A DNA stretch of 64,000 bases from Octopus sinensis (taxonomy: Eukaryota): assembly GCF_006345805.1 (NCBI RefSeq), contig NC_043000.1:89094001-89158000 (forward strand), given 5' to 3'. The notes beneath the pieces were generated by a model that saw only the letters and a list, made by a program, of their open reading frames with translations, had not been told where the DNA came from and searched no databases. The translations under genes were made by a program, and so were the position numbers. Below, one piece after another: positions 62,225 to 64,000 of this stretch (the first letter of the stretch is position 1; each line of letters opens with the position of its first letter).

Positions 62225-64000
62225 CAGACTGCCAGAAGGGAAGCTAGGAGACAGGTCTATCTAGCCAGAGGGGAAGCAGATAAGAGAAAATTTGCCAATG
62301 TCCTGCGCCGTGAGGATGAAAACTTGAGGTATTTCGTGTTGAAGACAGTGTGTGAGAGAGAATCGTGATGTGGTAGGAGAGAAATGTGTTCGCATGGAGG
62401 ATGGTTCACTTGCGCTAATGAGGATGCAAAGAGAGAAGCTTGGAGACGCCACTATAAAGGTTACTGAATGAGGAAATGAATGGATAAAGAGAGTCTGCCG
62501 AATGTTGACCCTACAGAGGGACCAGCTATCCGAGTTGATAGTTCCGTGGTAGCTAAGGCAATTAGAAGCATGAAGACAGGGAAAGCCCAGGCCCATCAGG
62601 AATTACTGCAGAGATGCTCAAATATCTGGCAGTGTCGGCTATAACCTAGTCACCCGTATAGTCAACCAGGTGATACACGAAGGAGTCATACCCAATGACT
62701 GGTGCAGCAGCATACTAGTCAACTGCTACAAAGGTAAGGTGATGCCCTAGATACAAATAATTACAGAGGTATCAAGCTGTTGGATCAAGTAATGAAGGTT
62801 ACGGAGAGGGTCAGAGCCCAACTAATTAGAGAGAGAGTTAGTTTAGATGAGATGCAGTTTGGGTTCGTGCAGGAAAAGTACCAACTGATGCTATATTCCT
62901 GGTAAGGCAGCTGCAAGGAATACCTAGCCAAAGATAAAGCCCCTGTACCTGGCTTTCGTTGACATGGAGAAAGCTTTTGATAGGGTCCCCCGATCCCTTA
63001 TCTGGTGGTCAATGAGGAACTAGGATAGATGAATGGCTGGTGAGGACTGTGCAAGCCATGTACAGAGATGCCGTAAGTAAGGTTAGGGTTGGCAACATGT
63101 ACACCAGAATTCAAAGTAGAGGTTGGGGTCCACCAGGTTTCAGTACTCAGCCCCCTCCTATTTATCATAGTACTCCAGGCAATTACGGAGGAATTCAAGA
63201 CAGGCTGTCCCTGGGAGCTCCTCTACGCTGACGACCTTGCTCTTATTGCTGAGTCACTATCAGAACTGGAGGAGAAGTTCCAGGTGTGAAGGAGGGTTTA
63301 GAATCAAGGGCCTTAGAGTCAACCTAGCTAAAACCAAAGTACTAATAGTAGAAGGTAGACAATCCACAAATATCTTCAGGAAGATGGCCCTGCTCGATCT
63401 GTAGAAAAGGTGTAGGTAGAAACTCTATAAGATGTACCCAGTGTAAGCTATGGACACATAAGAGGTGCAGCAATGTCAAAGGTAGCTAACTGGGAAGATA
63501 GTTTTTGTATGTGGCAGATGCTCGGGAGCATTAACCTCCGAAAATCTGCAGAAAACAACTTCCGTCACTTTCAGGGGGAAAAACTAGAAGTAGTTGATAG
63601 CTTCCGTTATCTAGTGACCAAGTCAGTAGTGGGGGTGGGTGCGCTGAAAGTGTAACTGCTAGAATAAGAATAGCCTGGCAAAGTTTAGGGAGCTCTTACC
63701 TCTGCTGGTGACTAAAGGCCTCTCGCTCAGAGTAAAGGCAGACTGTATGATGCGTGTGTACGAACAGCCATGCTACATGGCAGCGAAACATGGGCTGTGA
63801 CTGCTGAGGACATGCGTAAGCTCGTGAGGAATGAAGCCAGTATGCTCCGATGGATGTGTAATGTCAGTGTACATACTCGACAGAGCGTTAGCACCTTGAG
63901 AGAAATGTTGTACCTAGAAGCCATCAGTTGTGGTGTGCAAGAGAGACGATTGGCCTGGTATGGTCATGTGGCGAGAATGGATGAAGATAGGTGTGTGAGA
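62225..64000 (+). mobile_element. Second copy of the RTE-clade LINE (RT region), running off the window end
   Basis: Collinear with ~29550-31340; YADD at ~63225; many single-base indels. Confidence 0.92.

Overview
AT-rich, microsatellite-dense animal genomic DNA; the SINE families and repeat landscape point to a coleoid cephalopod, probably Octopus (inference). The only host gene I can support is a TSNAXIP1-like gene on the + strand, with four internal coding exons (5334-5462, 10584-10745, 16908-17141, 50018-50121) and a ~33 kb intron. The rest is repeat-derived: HERO-, R4/Dong- and RTE-type LINE relics (two young RTE copies), two Chapaev3-like transposons, piggyBac and Tc1/mariner derivatives, a gypsy integrase/LTR fragment, many tRNA-headed SINEs and long (TA)n tracts. 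Most striking is a set of sequence-unrelated fold-back (hairpin) insertions, mostly inside (TA)n tracts. One has a 14-bp target-site duplication. One family carries a minimal Penelope-type hammerhead ribozyme, and a separate tRNA-headed SINE-like family has a hammerhead-like tail. Also notable: a degenerate intron-containing tRNA-Lys(UUU) fused to a retroposon tail, and a duplicated splice acceptor that would introduce a stop codon. All coordinates and alignments were read by eye; no searches or folding programs were run.
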